Positions 8,879-18,063 of a stretch of DNA of 64,000 nucleotides are shown here, in pieces. Origin of the DNA: a virus; IMG/VR virus record IMGVR_UViG_3300025012_000042, positions 48,821-112,820 of that record. One strand, given 5' to 3'. Under the pieces are notes generated by a model that saw only the letters and a program-made list of their open reading frames with translations, ran no database searches and was not told the origin of the DNA. The stretch's first letter is position 1, and each line of letters starts with the position of its first letter. The translations under genes were made by a program, and so were the position numbers.

Positions 8879-9730
8879 ATGGCAATTCAGATCATTCCAA
8901 TCGACTGTGGACGCAACACTGTAAAGTTATTAAACAATCAATCATTTAGATCTGTGGTTGGAGATTGGCATCATAGGGAAATATCTGATAATGAAGAATA
9001 TGAAGTAATTATCAACGACAAAGAAAAACATTTTGTAGGACAATTGGCACTCGATGAGTCGTTTGCCCCAATCGAGATGAGTACAACATCAAAGATTCAT
9101 GAACAGACAAGAGTGCTTTTTTTAACTGGGGTCGGCCTATCCTTAGAGGAAGATGACAGTGATTTATATATTTGCACAGGTGTACCAGTTGATCAGTTCA
9201 ATGCCACAACAAAATCTGCATTGGAAAATTTATTATTTGGCAAATACGATATTCAAATTAATGGGGAACATAAAAAATTCTGTATAAACAATCTAAATAT
9301 TATACCTGAATCTGTTGCCAGCTTTCAATATGCATTATCGAAAGATGAAAATTTATCAATTGGTAAGAAAAGAATAATTGACTTAGGAAGTTTAACCGTG
9401 AATTATAGTTCTATGAACGGTAGTAAGTTTGTCACAAGAGATTCTGGAACACTGGCTTTCGGTTCCATTAAACTAAAAGGGAATCAAATTGATAATTCTC
9501 AATATGTTGGAAAGATTGTAGCTGAACTTAGTCAGAGATTCACAGACTACGAAATCTCTGATCGAGTTTTATTAACTGGTGGAGGAGCATTGCAATTTGG
9601 TGATTTATTTAAGAAATATTATCCTAATTGCTCAGTTTTAGATAATTGTGTCTATGCTAATGTAGAAGGTTATCACAGGATGGGCGTGAAAAAATGGGCA
9701 AAAGCACAGGCGAACTCACAGGTCGAGTAA
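8879..9730 (+). CDS. parM: ParM/StbA-family actin-like partition ATPase
   Basis: IDCGRNTVK, TGVPV, IIPES, IIDLGSLTVN and LLTGGGA actin-fold motifs. Confidence 0.9.
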   Translation: MAIQIIPIDCGRNTVKLLNNQSFRSVVGDWHHREISDNEEYEVIINDKEKHFVGQLALDESFAPIEMSTTSKIHEQTRVLFLTGVGLSLEEDDSDLYICTGVPVDQFNATTKSALENLLFGKYDIQINGEHKKFCINNLNIIPESVASFQYALSKDENLSIGKKRIIDLGSLTVNYSSMNGSKFVTRDSGTLAFGSIKLKGNQIDNSQYVGKIVAELSQRFTDYEISDRVLLTGGGALQFGDLFKKYYPNCSVLDNCVYANVEGYHRMGVKKWAKAQANSQVE

Positions 9731-9945
9731 AAAGAAAAGGTGTTTATTTTAATTTAGACGATGAAGATGAATTATTACTTTATGAAAAGGCAAACGAGAT
9801 TAGAAATTTTAGTAAATGGGTTAAGAAGCAATTAGTTAATGATGGGGTCGTAGTTAAAGAGGGAATAAAAGAGACTGTAGTAGAGCATATTAAGGTTGAA
9901 AGAAGGAGAGTAGAAAAGGATGAACTTGACGATATGATGATTTAA
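9694..9945 (+). CDS. ParR-like centromere-binding adaptor
   Basis: Small ORF overlapping the parM end; KGVYFNL...NFSKWVK RHH-like region; acidic tail. Confidence 0.7.
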   Translation: MGKSTGELTGRVKRKGVYFNLDDEDELLLYEKANEIRNFSKWVKKQLVNDGVVVKEGIKETVVEHIKVERRRVEKDELDDMMI

Positions 9946-9976
9946 AGACATAACTGTAATAGTTGTGTCTTCTTTT
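9944..9976 (+). terminator. terminator after parMR
   Basis: AAGACATAACT/AGTTGTGTCTT stem followed by CTTTTT. Confidence 0.6.
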
Positions 9977-9982
9977 TGTTTA

Positions 9983-10065
9983 GATAGTATGTAGGAATAT
10001 AAGGGGTAATGTTTGTGGTAATGGGATAGTATGTAGGAAAATTTATAGGAGAGTATGGGGTATGA
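9983..10065. repeat. downstream parC-like repeats
   Basis: GATAGTATGTAGGAA at 9983 and 10025; AGTATGGGGTATGA at 10052-10065 is identical to 8796-8809. Confidence 0.6.
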
Positions 10066-10201
10066 AATTAGTCCTGAGAAATCAGGGCTTATTCTTTTCC
10101 CATTTATTACATTTACTAAAAGTGTAATATTGTACAATCCCTACTCAATAAAGATTAAACATATCATCATTAATCACAATCTATCAAAGGAGGATGCAAC
10201 A

Positions 10202-10462
10202 TTGATTACCGATAAACTCAATAAATCAGAGATTAAAGTTCTTCAAGTTCTTCAAGAATCAAATATCACTAATGATATGAATGCTATGAAAATATCAACA
10301 TTGTCAGAGAAAACTGGATTAAGTTATTTCATTGTAAGAAATATTATCAAGAGTTTTTATATTGCTGGTATCTGTACAAAAGGACGGAAAGAGGGGAATG
10401 GAGAGACATTTTATTTAAGTGAATTATATCAAGAAATTAAGGGAGGAATTATTAATGAGTAA
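10202..10462 (+). CDS. winged-helix DNA-binding protein (start revised to TTG 10202)
   Basis: RBS AAGGAGG before TTG; LSEKTGLSYFIVRNIIKS HTH-like segment. Confidence 0.6.
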   Translation: MITDKLNKSEIKVLQVLQESNITNDMNAMKISTLSEKTGLSYFIVRNIIKSFYIAGICTKGRKEGNGETFYLSELYQEIKGGIINE

Positions 10463-10757
10463 ATTATACACAATCCTAAAACCAAGTAATTCTATCTATA
10501 AGAAAACACAAAAGCGACTTCAAACTGTAACTTTTAATTGTGAAATATGTGCAATTAAATATCCTACGTTTACCGAAAAATCTATTATCACAAAAGATAT
10601 TGATTCTGAACTTATTCATGTTTTAAATTATTGTCCTAAATGTTTACAGAGATTCCCCATTCAATTTAATTTAAATGATAATAGTGTTTCTATAGCATGG
10701 CCTAGTTGGGATGGTAAGGATGAAGATGGAATTTATCCGAGGAGAATGGAGGGTTAG
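10455..10757 (+). CDS. Zn-finger hypothetical protein (start revised)
   Basis: RBS GGGAGG; CEIC and CPKC. Confidence 0.6.
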   Translation: MSKLYTILKPSNSIYKKTQKRLQTVTFNCEICAIKYPTFTEKSIITKDIDSELIHVLNYCPKCLQRFPIQFNLNDNSVSIAWPSWDGKDEDGIYPRRMEG

Positions 10758-10782
10758 AGGTTAGATTAAGGGAGGAATCATA

Positions 10783-11070
10783 ATGCAAGCATATTTTACT
10801 AAATTTGATAATGATTCTAATTGGGTTAAGGGTGAAGTCGGTAGATTTAGATTTGATGCTAAACTATACAACACTCCATCTAGATTAGGTATTGATGGTG
10901 GAAGGGTTAGTGCGTTAGCAATATTTGAAGGAGAACAGTTTAATCATAATAATTGCGAAGTTCATTATAATCGTGGATGGGACATTGAACCAAATGAGGA
11001 TATGATGGATTATTTTGATGCTGTAATGGATTTATTGGAGAATAGTGAGGAAAGGGATTTGGATGAGTAA
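10783..11070 (+). CDS. hypothetical protein of a type common on Firmicutes mobile elements
   Basis: GIDGGRVS...YNRGWD motif; RBS GGGAGG. Confidence 0.65.
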   Translation: MQAYFTKFDNDSNWVKGEVGRFRFDAKLYNTPSRLGIDGGRVSALAIFEGEQFNHNNCEVHYNRGWDIEPNEDMMDYFDAVMDLLENSEERDLDE

Positions 11071-11305
11071 TGATATTTACCTTAAAGTATTGGACTTAGC
11101 AGGTTACGAATTAGAATATGGTATTTCATTAGAGACTCAAGTTAGGAATTTGTTTATTGATATGGTAGATGGTGGAATGTATTCAGATGTAAGGAATAAA
11201 GAGGAAGTAGATGATTTTATTGAGGAAATTGGAATTGATGGAGTGGTTAAGATGTTGGTTAGAAGTATGGAGGGTTATAGGGAGTTTAAGGTTAAGTATG
11301 GTTAA
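11063..11305 (+). CDS. hypothetical protein (start revised)
   Basis: ATG overlapping the previous gene end; acidic ORF. Confidence 0.55.
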   Translation: MSNDIYLKVLDLAGYELEYGISLETQVRNLFIDMVDGGMYSDVRNKEEVDDFIEEIGIDGVVKMLVRSMEGYREFKVKYG

Positions 11306-11319
11306 GGAGTTAAATTAGT

Positions 11320-11910
11320 ATGAAAAAAACAAAAGGAAAACTAATTCCCAAACTAAGCAAAAAACTATTATTTTCGCTTTTATTATTAACTTTATTGTCA
11401 ATACCTCATCCTGCCTCAGCTAAAGGAGAATTGACCACAGAAGAAGCAAAAAGCATTTTAAACATTATTATTAATAAAACTTATATATTGCTTACTTCTT
11501 CCTCTAATTATATCTATCCAGTAGATGGAATAATCTCAAGTCCTTATGGCACAAGAGAGTCTTCATTAGATGGATTTCATTATGGAATTGATATTGCGGT
11601 AGTAGAAAATACCCCTGTTCATGCTTCAAATTTTGGCATAGTAATTAAAGCAGAATTTAATGAAATGATTGGAAATGTTGTGTATATCAATCATTCTGAT
11701 GGAAAACAGACTGTGTACGCTCACAACAATAAATTATTAGTCAATGTTGGAGATAAAGTAAATCAAAATGATGTAATTGCTTTTTCTGGAAATACAGGAT
11801 TACTGTCCAGAGGACCACATGTACATTTTGAAATTCGTACTAATAATGGAACTAATTCATTAAATCCAATGAATTATTTACCTGCAAAACAAAATAAACC
11901 CCTCAAATGA
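11320..11910 (+). CDS. secreted M23-family peptidoglycan peptidase
   Basis: Signal peptide ending PASA; HYGID, YAHN and GPHVHFE motifs. Confidence 0.9.
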   Translation: MKKTKGKLIPKLSKKLLFSLLLLTLLSIPHPASAKGELTTEEAKSILNIIINKTYILLTSSSNYIYPVDGIISSPYGTRESSLDGFHYGIDIAVVENTPVHASNFGIVIKAEFNEMIGNVVYINHSDGKQTVYAHNNKLLVNVGDKVNQNDVIAFSGNTGLLSRGPHVHFEIRTNNGTNSLNPMNYLPAKQNKPLK

Positions 11911-11936
11911 GGGGATGAAATGGAGCATATGATTAA

Positions 11937-12038
11937 TTATTGAACTAATTTTCCTAATTGCTGTACTATATCAACTAATTCGTATGCTCCATATCCCATT
12001 AATCCTACTCCAATTACTGTTCCAAATATTAAAAACAT
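11937..12038 (-). CDS. 33-aa hydrophobic peptide MFLIFGTVIGVGLMGYGAYELVDIVQQLGKLVQ
   Basis: RBS AAAGGAGTG; single TM-like segment; below the ORF-track length cutoff. Confidence 0.6.
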   Translation of the reverse strand: MFLIFGTVIGVGLMGYGAYELVDIVQQLGKLVQ

Positions 12039-12074
12039 AAATTTTCACTCCTTTAAATCATATTTTAATGACTA

Positions 12075-12104
12075 TATTGTTACCAAACTATATGTCGAAT
12101 ATAC
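12075..12104 (-). promoter_or_regulatory. putative SigF promoter with a 0A box in the spacer
   Basis: GTATA-15 bp-GGTAACAATA matches GYATA-N15-GGnnAnAHTR; TGTCGAA at 12093-12099. Confidence 0.5.
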
Positions 12105-12283
12105 ATGAATTAATGTAAATTTTAAGACAAGAACCCTATATTAACCCCCTATGTTAAGTATAGTACACTCTAAATCCTACAGCCCTTTAATACCAATGGT
12201 CTTAGAATTGAAAATGTGGGGTCTTCTTATATAAGGAGGCAAGATTTGCCGACTGTTTTAAATTTCAAAGGAGGTTGTTTACA

Positions 12284-12535
12284 TTGAATGAATTTTTAAG
12301 TTGGTCAACAAAGATTTGTTTGGCTATGACTGCTCTTGGTGGAGGATTGGCTATGCTCATGATAGTATGGTCTGGGATTATGGATATAATTGGAAATGGG
12401 CAATGGAAGGCACAAGCCAAGGAATTAAAGGAATCGGTAATTAGAGGATGTATTACTATAATCGTTGGGCCTTGGGTTATAAAAATTCTTTGGACTATAC
12501 TCAAAGGAATTTTTCCAACACTTCCTACATTTTAA
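12284..12535 (+). CDS. VirB2/TrbC-like pilin (start revised to TTG 12284)
   Basis: Two hydrophobic segments separated by a KAQAKELKE linker; first gene of the T4SS-like operon. Confidence 0.6.
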   Translation: MNEFLSWSTKICLAMTALGGGLAMLMIVWSGIMDIIGNGQWKAQAKELKESVIRGCITIIVGPWVIKILWTILKGIFPTLPTF

Positions 12536-12564
12536 TTATTGCAATTCTAAAGGGGATGATCATA

Positions 12565-13599
12565 ATGCTTACAGTTGGAGAAGTTGGAGACGCAATTATT
12601 GATTTATTTATTAAACCACCATCTCCTGAAACTGTTGATAAAGTAAATGGGGCATTATTTGATGTCCCTACTCCAGAAACGATAGAGAGTGTCAATAATG
12701 TTTTATTTAATGCGCCTACACCACATGATATTTCTACGGTTAATGGGAGATTAGAACATTTTATTACTGATTCATTAGTACAAAACTTTGCACAATTATT
12801 TCTTCATACACCTAATGTACTATTAGAAAATCCAACAATATTAGTTTTACACTCATTCTTTTTAAAAATAATTATTGCTTTTTCATTCGCAGGAATAGTA
12901 TATTTTGGAATTATGCAAGTCATGAACAAAAGTAGTAAATATCAGACAAATGAATATATTGTAAAAATAGCTCAATCGATGGTAATTATAAATATAGTAA
13001 TTATAGCACTACCAACACTAATAGAAACAACAAACAAATTAACTATAGCAATTCTTTCAATAGGTGGAACAGAAGCAGAGATGATAAAGGCTCTAACTCC
13101 TCAGTACGGTTTAGGCTTAATCATATTCACACTAATATTTGCTTTAATACTAATCAATCTAATATGGTATTACTTTATGAGAATGATTTCTATTATGTTT
13201 TTAGTTGCTACAGCACCCATATTCTTTTTTCTATGGTTATTTCCTAAACATCAAAATATGAGACAAATATGGATTGATGAGCTATTGGATAACTTACAAG
13301 CACCTATTATTCATGCGATTATTATGGTCATTTGGTTAGGTTTTGAGTCATCTATTTCAAAATCAAATCACGGAGGACTTTATCACATTATGCTTTGTAT
13401 AGCAGCAGGTTCATTTATGATTCAAGCACCTAGTTATGTGCAACAATGGATTAGTTATGGACACCAAGCACCTACTCCTATTCAAATGTTCAAAGAAATT
13501 AAGTATGGATTAAGTCCTAGAAAACTTATCGGTTATGGAGGATTTGGAAGAATGGGAGGAAACATGTTTAGAGGAAGAGGAACTACAAGAAGGAGGTAA
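12565..13599 (+). CDS. VirB6/TrbL-like polytopic conjugation membrane protein (start revised)
   Basis: Several TM segments; ATAPIFFFLWLFP..W; Gly-rich tail. Confidence 0.65.
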   Translation: MLTVGEVGDAIIDLFIKPPSPETVDKVNGALFDVPTPETIESVNNVLFNAPTPHDISTVNGRLEHFITDSLVQNFAQLFLHTPNVLLENPTILVLHSFFLKIIIAFSFAGIVYFGIMQVMNKSSKYQTNEYIVKIAQSMVIINIVIIALPTLIETTNKLTIAILSIGGTEAEMIKALTPQYGLGLIIFTLIFALILINLIWYYFMRMISIMFLVATAPIFFFLWLFPKHQNMRQIWIDELLDNLQAPIIHAIIMVIWLGFESSISKSNHGGLYHIMLCIAAGSFMIQAPSYVQQWISYGHQAPTPIQMFKEIKYGLSPRKLIGYGGFGRMGGNMFRGRGTTRRR

Positions 13600-13603
13600 T
13601 TTA

Positions 13604-13951
13604 ATGTTTAATAATGAGATGTTTGAAACTAATCAAATCATTGAAATGAAGGATGAAATATTCTATGGACTTACAGGCAAACAAACAATTTATTTAATAT
13701 CTGGGATAGTTTTAAGTTTATCTATATTTAATACTGCATTACCTATTATTGCAAAACTATTCATTCTACCAAATATCGGTATTCCTACTGCAATTCTAGT
13801 TAAAACTGATATTGATCAAGGAATAGTTTCTTTCTTCAAATTTAAGTGGAGAGGGGTGACAAAACAAAATGTTACAATACAATCTTTACCCAAAAGCAAA
13901 TTATCTTTTAGCAACAAAAGAAGAACAAACACTACTCCGATCCAAGTTTAA
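13604..13951 (+). CDS. PrgI/TcpE-like (VirB3-equivalent) membrane protein (start revised)
   Basis: IFYGLTGKQ motif plus two TM segments; directly upstream of the VirB4-like gene. Confidence 0.65.
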   Translation: MFNNEMFETNQIIEMKDEIFYGLTGKQTIYLISGIVLSLSIFNTALPIIAKLFILPNIGIPTAILVKTDIDQGIVSFFKFKWRGVTKQNVTIQSLPKSKLSFSNKRRTNTTPIQV

Positions 13952-15374
13952 ATATCTATTAAATTCTCTAAATGAACCGTCTAGAATCATTTGTAGAACT
14001 GACTCAAATAAATTGAATAAAGACACACAAATCAATGAATCAATTTATCATTTAATAACTAATGCTGATATTTATGAGAATTTAAGTAATTCTGGAATAG
14101 ATTATACTCAAAATAAATGTCCTACATCAAATATTCAAGTAAAAGAACATCGAAAATATATTGCTATTACTGAAAACAATGAAAAATATTTTGCTAAATC
14201 AATCAAGGTTATCCAATTTCCACAAATGCTTTCTACTGGATTCATAAACAACTTAATGATTTCTGACACTGAAATTGCCCTTACAATCTTTCCATTGCCA
14301 CAAGAAGAGGCTGTGAAGACAGTAAAAAAGAGAATTGATACTAATGAAGCAAATGTAAATTGGAAGGTCGTAAAGAACCCTAATCAAGAGTTTTATGTAG
14401 AAGATGAAATTGTACTAAAACTTCAAAAGACTATGGTTGATCTTATGGGTAATGAAGAAAAACTTTGTATGGTTGGATTATATATCTTAATTAAAGGACA
14501 AACACTTGAACAATTGGAAACAAAAGCAAAACAAATATCAATGCTTTTGGATGGAATGCAAATTAGGTTTAAATTCGCTAATTATGAACATTTTAATTGT
14601 TTTAAGAATTTTAGAGCATATAAAGAAATTGATTATGTAAATGAGTTAAAAGTATTTTTGACAAGTGTAATTAGTAATTTTTATCCATTTGTTAGATATG
14701 TATCAGGGGATGGAGTTATTATCGGATATGATTATCAAAATTATCAATTGATTAAAATTAATTTTTCAGAACTCTTCAATCTGTCATGGTTTATTTTCGG
14801 AATTTCAGGAAGTGGAAAGTCATTTGCTGTAAAGAGCATTGTAAAGAAAATATCTAGTCATAAGAAGATTTATATTCTTGATATTACTGGTGAATATGCC
14901 AAACTAAAATCAAAGAATATTATCATAATATCTAAAGATTTTGAGAAATTTCTATTATACACTGATTTTAAAGATTGCATGATTATAATTGATGAAGCAT
15001 GGGATATTTTAAAAACTGATAAAGTTATTAAAAGAGTAGTAGCAATAGCGAAAGGATATAGAAAGAGGGGAGTAGGTGTTTTAGTCTGCACTCAAAACAT
15101 TGCTGATACAAGTAAAGAGGATATTGAATTAATTATTAAAAACTGTGCTAATACTTTAATTCTTCATTTGACTTCACTAGAACTTCAACATATTAGCGAA
15201 TACATGAATATACCTCATCATATTATTGATTATCTTTCTAGGATTGAAAAAGGACAAGGGTGGATGACCATAGGAACAAAGCAATATGCTTTTAGACCAA
15301 TATTTAGTGATGAAGATTACTTGTTATTCAATACTAATTATGAGGAAATGAAAGGGGTTGGTTATAATGGGTGA
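13869..15374 (+). CDS. virB4: VirB4-like conjugation ATPase (compact)
   Basis: FYPF, GISGSGKS, LDITGEY, IIIDEAW, RKRG and TQN motifs. Confidence 0.8.
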   Translation: MLQYNLYPKANYLLATKEEQTLLRSKFKYLLNSLNEPSRIICRTDSNKLNKDTQINESIYHLITNADIYENLSNSGIDYTQNKCPTSNIQVKEHRKYIAITENNEKYFAKSIKVIQFPQMLSTGFINNLMISDTEIALTIFPLPQEEAVKTVKKRIDTNEANVNWKVVKNPNQEFYVEDEIVLKLQKTMVDLMGNEEKLCMVGLYILIKGQTLEQLETKAKQISMLLDGMQIRFKFANYEHFNCFKNFRAYKEIDYVNELKVFLTSVISNFYPFVRYVSGDGVIIGYDYQNYQLIKINFSELFNLSWFIFGISGSGKSFAVKSIVKKISSHKKIYILDITGEYAKLKSKNIIIISKDFEKFLLYTDFKDCMIIIDEAWDILKTDKVIKRVVAIAKGYRKRGVGVLVCTQNIADTSKEDIELIIKNCANTLILHLTSLELQHISEYMNIPHHIIDYLSRIEKGQGWMTIGTKQYAFRPIFSDEDYLLFNTNYEEMKGVGYNG

Positions 15375-17064
15375 GAAACTTAGCAAGATTAAAGATTTGG
15401 CAATTAAATCAGGTAAATATTCTGCTTTATATAGTGGAAAATTTATTTTAGGTGGATTAGGTTATGCTGTTCAAATTGCTTCAAACGGAATATTAGGAAT
15501 GAGTATTCCAGATTATAAATTGCCTAATTTGAAGTTTGGTGATGATAAAACTTCATTAGGAGATAGAGTAGTTTTAACTCCTAGCAAATTTCTCCTTAAA
15601 GGAAATGGTATAGTGGTTGGTAAGGATTTTAATACAAAGAATGTAATTAGTTATCCAATAGATCATTTTGACGATCTTTGTAAACATTCTATTTATGTTG
15701 GTGCTCCTGGAAGTGGCAAATCAAATTTAGCAGAAAATGTAGCCATTCAAATATCTAAAATTAATAATTTACAAAACTTTAATACAGCAGGATTTTGTGT
15801 TATAGATGTTGCAGATGGGGCCTTGATTGATAATGTTTTATTGTCTATTCCAGAAAATAGATTAGATGATGTAGTTTTATTAGACTTCTCTAATAAAGAC
15901 TTTCTACCAGGAATTAATCTCTTAGAATTTGATGAAAAAGTAGAGAAACAATTTCCACACTTTATTCATGCTGAAATAATCTCATTCTTTAAAAAGCGAT
16001 TTGGTGAACAAATTGGTTTTGCAAGTGAGGATCTTTTATCAAACTCACTCAATGCTATTCTGAAGCAAACAGATTATCCAAAAACACTTTTAGGAATTAT
16101 TAAAATGTTAACTGAGGTAGATTATAGAGAACAAATATTAAAATCATTAAGAAAAAACAAAAGAAATGCTTCTGTTGTTAGATATTGGGATAGATTTGAA
16201 GCACAATCACCATCTGTAAAAAGAGATATCGTCAAACCTCTGTTAAACAAGGTTGGCAATCTTACTAATAACGATTATTTAAAATCTATTATATGTCAAA
16301 ACAAATCTACCATTGACTTTAGAACAATAATGGATGAAGGCAAAATTCTATTGATTAAAGCTCCTAAAGTTGCAGTTGGTAAAGTTAATATAGAAATATT
16401 AATACCACTAATCCTTTCAAAATTTTGGATATCTGCATTATCAAGATTTGATATTACTGACAAAAACCAAAGAAGACCTTTTATGCTTTTTCTTGACGAG
16501 CCACAAATGTATTTGTCAAATGAAGCAGGAATTGAAGAAATGCTAACAGAATCAAGAAAATACCGACTATGCTCACATTTTTTCTTTCAGTCTCCAGAAC
16601 AAACTCAACTTCAATCTGTCATTAGAATGATGTTAGAAGTGCATCCTCAGATTATATCATTTGCTATAGGTAGGGGTGGCGCACAGACGTTGTTTAAAGA
16701 ATTTGAAACAGGTGATGAAGAAAAAGATATGTCCATAAGATATACAATTCTTAATCTACCTAAATATCATGCTTTGTGTAGATTCTTATATAAGAATGAA
16801 AAGAGTGTATCTATTATTAAATGTGATCCTCCCACTAAACCTTTGCGAAAAAAAGTACCCGATATTATTACTGAAAATAGTCAAATGTATTTACGTTCTG
16901 TTGATGAAATTATGGAAGAAATTCTTGAATCAGATTATATCCCAGAACCAGATTTTAGTTTAATAGAGGTGAACAATAATGAACAGCAAAGATTTAATGT
17001 TGAAGAAGTTGACTTTAGGAACAAAGTTTCAAGATTTAACAAACCGAGATTTAGAGATAATTAG
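15358..17064 (+). CDS. virD4: type IV coupling protein (VirD4/TraD-like)
   Basis: HSIYVGAPGSGKS, INLLE, IDFRTIMDEGKILL, FLDEPQ, ESRKY. Confidence 0.8.
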   Translation: MVIMGEKLSKIKDLAIKSGKYSALYSGKFILGGLGYAVQIASNGILGMSIPDYKLPNLKFGDDKTSLGDRVVLTPSKFLLKGNGIVVGKDFNTKNVISYPIDHFDDLCKHSIYVGAPGSGKSNLAENVAIQISKINNLQNFNTAGFCVIDVADGALIDNVLLSIPENRLDDVVLLDFSNKDFLPGINLLEFDEKVEKQFPHFIHAEIISFFKKRFGEQIGFASEDLLSNSLNAILKQTDYPKTLLGIIKMLTEVDYREQILKSLRKNKRNASVVRYWDRFEAQSPSVKRDIVKPLLNKVGNLTNNDYLKSIICQNKSTIDFRTIMDEGKILLIKAPKVAVGKVNIEILIPLILSKFWISALSRFDITDKNQRRPFMLFLDEPQMYLSNEAGIEEMLTESRKYRLCSHFFFQSPEQTQLQSVIRMMLEVHPQIISFAIGRGGAQTLFKEFETGDEEKDMSIRYTILNLPKYHALCRFLYKNEKSVSIIKCDPPTKPLRKKVPDIITENSQMYLRSVDEIMEEILESDYIPEPDFSLIEVNNNEQQRFNVEEVDFRNKVSRFNKPRFRDN

Positions 17065-17743
17065 AGTTGTTAGAGATTTACAAATTGTTTCAAGGAGCCA
17101 ACTTCAAATTATGTTCTTTCCTACAAAGCAAAGTTTAACTATCTGTAATAGAAGATTAGCCAAAATAGAGAAATTAGGATTTATTAATAGAACTCCTATT
17201 ACTTTGAACGGTGAATCTTTAATTACTGCTGGAAAATTACTTTGTCTAGCAGGAGGTACTTATATGTCTAAATTGCCATCTGATTACACTCATCAGTTAT
17301 TGATGAATGAAATTTATGCTTTGTTATTTAGAGAGCAGAATTTGAATCGAATTATCATTAAACAATACAAACCTGAATTTGTTTATAAATTTAGGGACAA
17401 GGATGAAGGTAAGCAATATATTTTAAGGTCTGATATTTTAACTGTATTAGAGAAAAATGGAATGGATACAACTCTATTATTTGAGATAGATGCAGGAACA
17501 GAAACAAAGAAACAATTAAGAGAAAAGATTAATATTTATGAAAAAGTATCTATGAAAGTAAAGGGATTTCCTCAACTGTTTTGGTTGGCAAATGACAAGG
17601 GATTCAGAAAATTAATTAGTTTGGACAAGACTGTTAATATAGCAAAAGTAGAAGAATTGAGAGAAAATTTTTATTTATGGACAAGGTATCCTGATATGAA
17701 AAGGACAAGATTAATTCCTGATATTGTTGTTTGGAAAATTTAG
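16979..17743 (+). CDS. replication-relaxation (Replic_Relax) family relaxase
   Basis: LTNRDLEII N-terminal wHTH; HQLLMNE; LRSD; FEIDAGTET; follows the coupling protein. Confidence 0.75.
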   Translation: MNSKDLMLKKLTLGTKFQDLTNRDLEIIRVVRDLQIVSRSQLQIMFFPTKQSLTICNRRLAKIEKLGFINRTPITLNGESLITAGKLLCLAGGTYMSKLPSDYTHQLLMNEIYALLFREQNLNRIIIKQYKPEFVYKFRDKDEGKQYILRSDILTVLEKNGMDTTLLFEIDAGTETKKQLREKINIYEKVSMKVKGFPQLFWLANDKGFRKLISLDKTVNIAKVEELRENFYLWTRYPDMKRTRLIPDIVVWKI

Positions 17744-17768
17744 ATGAATGAAATGGTGGTGTGATTAG

Positions 17769-17933
17769 ATGGGATTATTAGGTAATCTGATTAGTAGTTT
17801 TAGCAAACCAGAAATTGATGTTGATGAATTAGTAGATTTTATAGCTGAAGGGACACATATTGACAGAGGAATTATTGAAATTATTTTAGAGGCAGAAGAT
17901 ATTTATTTGAGAGAAAAAGGGATTATATATTAG
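17769..17933 (+). CDS. 54-aa hypothetical protein
   Basis: GGTG RBS; MGLLGNL...DELVDFIAEGTHIDRGII; followed by a terminator. Confidence 0.55.
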   Translation: MGLLGNLISSFSKPEIDVDELVDFIAEGTHIDRGIIEIILEAEDIYLREKGIIY

Positions 17934-17941
17934 AGGAGTGG

Positions 17942-17970
17942 GAGTGATAGGATGTCACTCTTTTCTTTTT
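17942..17970 (+). terminator. terminator of the transfer operon
   Basis: GAGTGA-TAGGATG-TCACTC followed by TTTTCTTTTT. Confidence 0.6.
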
Positions 17971-18063
17971 AGGATTATTTTCAATAAATTTTATAAAAAC
18001 TAGCATTAAATATTTGCAATCTCATAAAATATCATATATTATGTGTGAAAGGGTTGATTTTAG

